From: Eledone cirrhosa | Taxonomy: Eukaryota | NCBI GenBank assembly: GCA_964016885.1 | Contig: CAXHJY010000413.1 | Coordinates: forward strand, 1 to 64,000 | DNA: 64,000 bases | Reading direction: 5' to 3' | Part shown: piece after piece, positions 60,201-64,000 of the stretch | How the letters are laid out: each line of letters starts with the position of its first letter | How positions within the stretch are numbered: position 1 is the stretch's first letter | Program-made: the position numbers and the translations under genes | Notes under the pieces: model-generated | Database searches by the model: none | Told to the model about the DNA's origin: nothing | Seen by the model: only the letters and a program-made list of their open reading frames with translations

Positions 60201-61001
60201 CATTAAGCGTTTCAAATGTCGTTTCTACACCTTTAGATCGTATAGCCTTCAGATAATTGCCAGCTATTTCGTTCACTGCTTCCGATTCCAATTTAGTGGG
60301 TTCTTTACTGATTCTGGTGTTGTATGGTCTGTCACTCACATTAAGGCTGTGTATCTCTTGAAACATATCGTTCCATATCACTTGTAGGGTGCTCACAAGT
60401 TTTTGGTGCTCTGTTTGTTCATGAATTTCAGCCTCGTTGTTGATGTGGTGACAATTACTACTAGAGTTAGCTGACCTTTCTCGCTGTTCTTCAGTGGAAG
60501 TGGGATGGATTTCAGCAAAATTGTTGGTGAACTGTTCACTGTTAGATTTAGCTGGCCATTCTCTTTGTCTGTCAGTGGAGGTGGGGTGGTTGTCTACAAG
60601 GGCTGTATTTGTAGTGTCACTCAATTCTGTTAGATATATCAATTTACATCTAATGATACGTTTGGCCTGTTCATTTAAATGCTTTGGGGAAAAGTCTAAT
60701 TCTGGGTGTTTGGAGTTCCATAGAGTTTTTAGCCTTTGCATAAAACCGAACTTTTGGGGTTCAGATTGTTTGTATGCTTCATATAATACTTTAAGCTCGT
60801 AGCTCCACTGTATACAACGGTTGTAGTTGCGATTTGGTCGAAGGAGACTTGTACTTTTTGCCATGATGAGTTCGTCTATTCACTAATATTTCGTATTTAT
60901 TTTTCAAAATAGTCGATGATCTTCTTTAAAAGTTTCGACAAAGTTCTGTCAGAATCAAATTTAAAGTTATTCACGGCTTGGGTAATATTTCTTTTCAGTT
61001 G
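57292..61001 (-). mobile_element. Dong/R4-like RLE LINE, near full length, frameshifted, flanked by (TATG)n on both sides
   Basis: KSPGPD, YRPIAC, WLDYQKAFDSVPH, GIFQGDSLS, FFVDDLKLY, CRLC..H...C knuckle, HNRPDI..VEISCP. Confidence 0.9.
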
Positions 61002-61094
61002 TATGTATGTATGTATGTATGTATGTATGTATGTATGTATGTATGTATGTATGTATGTATGTATGTATGTATGTATGTATGTATGTATGTATAT

Positions 61095-61790
61095 CCGGGA
61101 GAGATGACCCCTTAGCCTTTGTCAAGGCAGAATTCTAGGAGAAGGAAAACTCTGATATAACACCTGCAACCCTGATGGTATCCAATGATGTTGACTTGTT
61201 CTTCGTTTTGGTAAATATCATCTTGGTTAAGAGAGTGGGACTGGCTTTGTGCAGTGCCTTTGCTCACTATAAAAGCTTCACGGCACAGGCATTGCTTCAT
61301 ATCTGGAGATCTCTCTGCACTTGTCGTCACATGGTGCCATGGGCCCAGCACTATGTGTCAATAATTGTCACAGGTGTAGTGTTTGTACCAGAGTTTTCAA
61401 GTCGCTGGCTGGACTAAAAAGTCACAGTTGTTTAGCGCATCGGTAGGGGTTCTCCTACATGGATATAAAGTAGTGGCCGTACTCGAAAACGAGTTGGCAG
61501 CCACCATGTATGTATGTATGTATGTCAGGTCACCAGTTGGTGTTACTGGTAACATGTTCGGGTCGTTGGCGACTAAACTGGCAACCCCACCAAGGTTTCT
61601 TGGTGAGGACGTTTACTTTGGGCATCCTGCAGGACTAAAAGCAAAACCTGTCAAAGAGCAAAGGAGCTCTTAAGAGTCACTGGCCATCCAAAATCACCGG
61701 GAGAGATGAACCCTTAGCCTTTGTCAAGGCAGAATTCTAGGAGAAGGAAAACTCTGATATAACAACTGCAACCCTGAGGTGGCAGCTACC
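61095..61790. mobile_element. Element X partial copy (61095-61506) and internally deleted copy retaining both ends (61524-61790)
   Basis: Match to 56634-57244. The two copies are separated by (TATG)n. Confidence 0.8.
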
Positions 61791-61987
61791 ATGTATGTAT
61801 GTATGTATGTATGTATGTATGTATGTATGTATGTATGTATGTATGTATGTATGTATGTATGTATGTATGTATGCATGTATGCATGTATGTATGTATGTTC
61901 TTCTGGTTTTATAATTTCACAAATTTTTACCAATAGAGAGAGAGTGTCGGTTTCTAACATAGACACAAGACTCTCTCATTGGAATTT

Positions 61988-64000
61988 ACGAAGAAGTGTG
62001 GTAAGTAACCAGGTGGACCATAACGCACCAGAGTACTCGATACTTTGGGTAGTAGAGTGGGTAATAGGAAAAGAGTCAGGACCCTGACGGCAGAGCTCAA
62101 GCCGTTTCGACGACTATTTCTGAGTCCAGAAATAGCCGTCTAAACGGCTTCAGCTCTGCCGTCGGAGTCCTGACTATTTTTGCTATATATATATATGTGT
62201 GTGTGTGTGTGCGTGTGCGTGTGTGTTTATGCAATGGCGATACTCGTGCAATGGTCAAACTAGATGACGAAGGGGCAGCAACCATGTATGTACGGACGTA
62301 GGTAGGTACATACATACATATATTTCGGCCACTTGTATTCTAGCAAGGGTGAAAATATAACTCTATGTGCATGTTGACTTAATCCTAATCCTGGATAATC
62401 AAATGCACTACACCTTCCGAAAACCCAATGAAACCCTACTCTACATAAACCGACAATCTAACCACCCAAAGGCAATCGCCGAATCATCTCCCTCCGTATT
62501 TCACGCCTGTCTGCCAATGAGAAAATGTTCCATGGAAATGCGCCACATTACAACTTGTAGCTAAAGGAAAGCAGATTCAACGAAGGACTACAAGTGCAAT
62601 GTAACAGCCTACATCGGATTAACCGCATGCGAATTTAAAACAAGGTTCTAACCGCACCTGAACCGCTTTAGAAACCGGCCCCGGAGGAATGCTCGACACT
62701 ATCCAGCCATATATGGGACCTCCGTGACTATAATACCACATACGGCCTGAAATGGAGTACCTTGTCCAAGTCCAAACCTTATGCGGGGGGCCACCACACG
62801 TGCAATTTATGCTGAGAAGAAACCATCCAAATTTTGTTCGCCAAAAAAACAACCCACCAACAGATTCTACGAAATAACACTAGGAATCAGGACCCAGAAA
62901 GACACCCAGCATATGTGCACACTGAGACACGTACACATACACACCATGATACAACACTATAGAAATACACTTATCTTTGTACACACACATGCAGCCACTT
63001 ACATACCAATCAAACCCATGCTGCACAGTCAACACAAAAGTTATACACACATACTCTCAAATAGGTGGGTATAACGACAGCAATGCAACTGCTACACAAA
63101 GACGACAACACTCCTCCGAGCACCCCATTACAAAAGAAACAATACCAAAGATTTGTGGGCTGGGCATACCTTACGTAGGCACAGGCACACGCTGTAACCA
63201 TAGGCAGACTAAATTGTACAACAAACAATTACTCAATATAAATACACTCTCTATCACACAGACATTCCCTCACACGCACACCTACAGACACGGATTAACC
63301 AACATCTATTCAAGCATATACAGTGCCCCATACACATACTCCCCCCCCCCAACATTTCGATACACACGCATGCCAACAGCCACCTACACACCCCATAAGG
63401 TGCACATGAACAACACTATAATCCTTACCAAACTAACAACACTCACCCATACACTTTAAATTTGCTTATCATTTAGAATAAGGTACACATAAGCTACACC
63501 TCAAAACATACCCATAAGACCCCTACACACGCATCCTAACACACATGCACACATAACCTCATATATTAACATATCTTAGCAGTAGACCTTTTCTAAAATA
63601 TACACTTACACCGGTAAAATAACGCATAAGTTTCAGCATAAAGACATTCACCACCACACCTCGCAACAAATATAAATAAACAAAAGTCAATGACACAAAA
63701 ACCCCAGTAAAATGCAGTCATAACAGATGAGATATAATGATATGGGACAGGGAAAAGAAGGCGTGCACAGCAGTGGAAGTTAGCTGCCCAGCAAATACCA
63801 ATATAATATCAAAGATTAGCGAAAAGGAAAATATTTATGAAGAACTAAAGAGAAATAAAAAAATAAACACACTCGAAACAACAACAACAATTACAATACC
63901 AACAAGCCGGGCAGTGATCATTCAAGAAAACTAAAAAATAGCTACTTTTGTCTACAGTCATATAAAATATGACTGGGTATAAGTCTGGGAGTGTGTGGGA
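61988..64000 (+). repeat. Segmental duplication copy B, running off the window end
   Basis: Nearly identical to 35493-37547. Confidence 0.92.

Overview
AT-rich, repeat-saturated animal genomic DNA, most likely octopus (inferred from the SINE families and the very long TA/TATG/CA microsatellites). One host gene is supported: a minus-strand secreted protein of about 815 aa with 21 tandem six-cysteine half-VWC/pacifastin-like modules, nearly all in one 2.37 kb exon, plus an inverted partial duplicate at 32.6-33.4 kb. The rest is retroelement material: Penelope-like elements (RT + GIY-YIG), a CR1-like LINE, Dong/R4 and CRE-like RLE LINEs, RTE fragments, tRNA-derived SINEs and a (TATG)n-associated non-coding element family. 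The main signal missed by the ORF track is RNA-level. I found 12 minimal type I hammerhead ribozyme motifs (11 well formed, 1 degenerate) from about 7 unrelated sequence families. Four of them sit one per unit in a ~480 bp retrozyme-like tandem array, which meets an almost invariant 615 bp array (12 copies plus a partial) at a single TA tract. All calls come from manual reading; nothing was searched or folded computationally.
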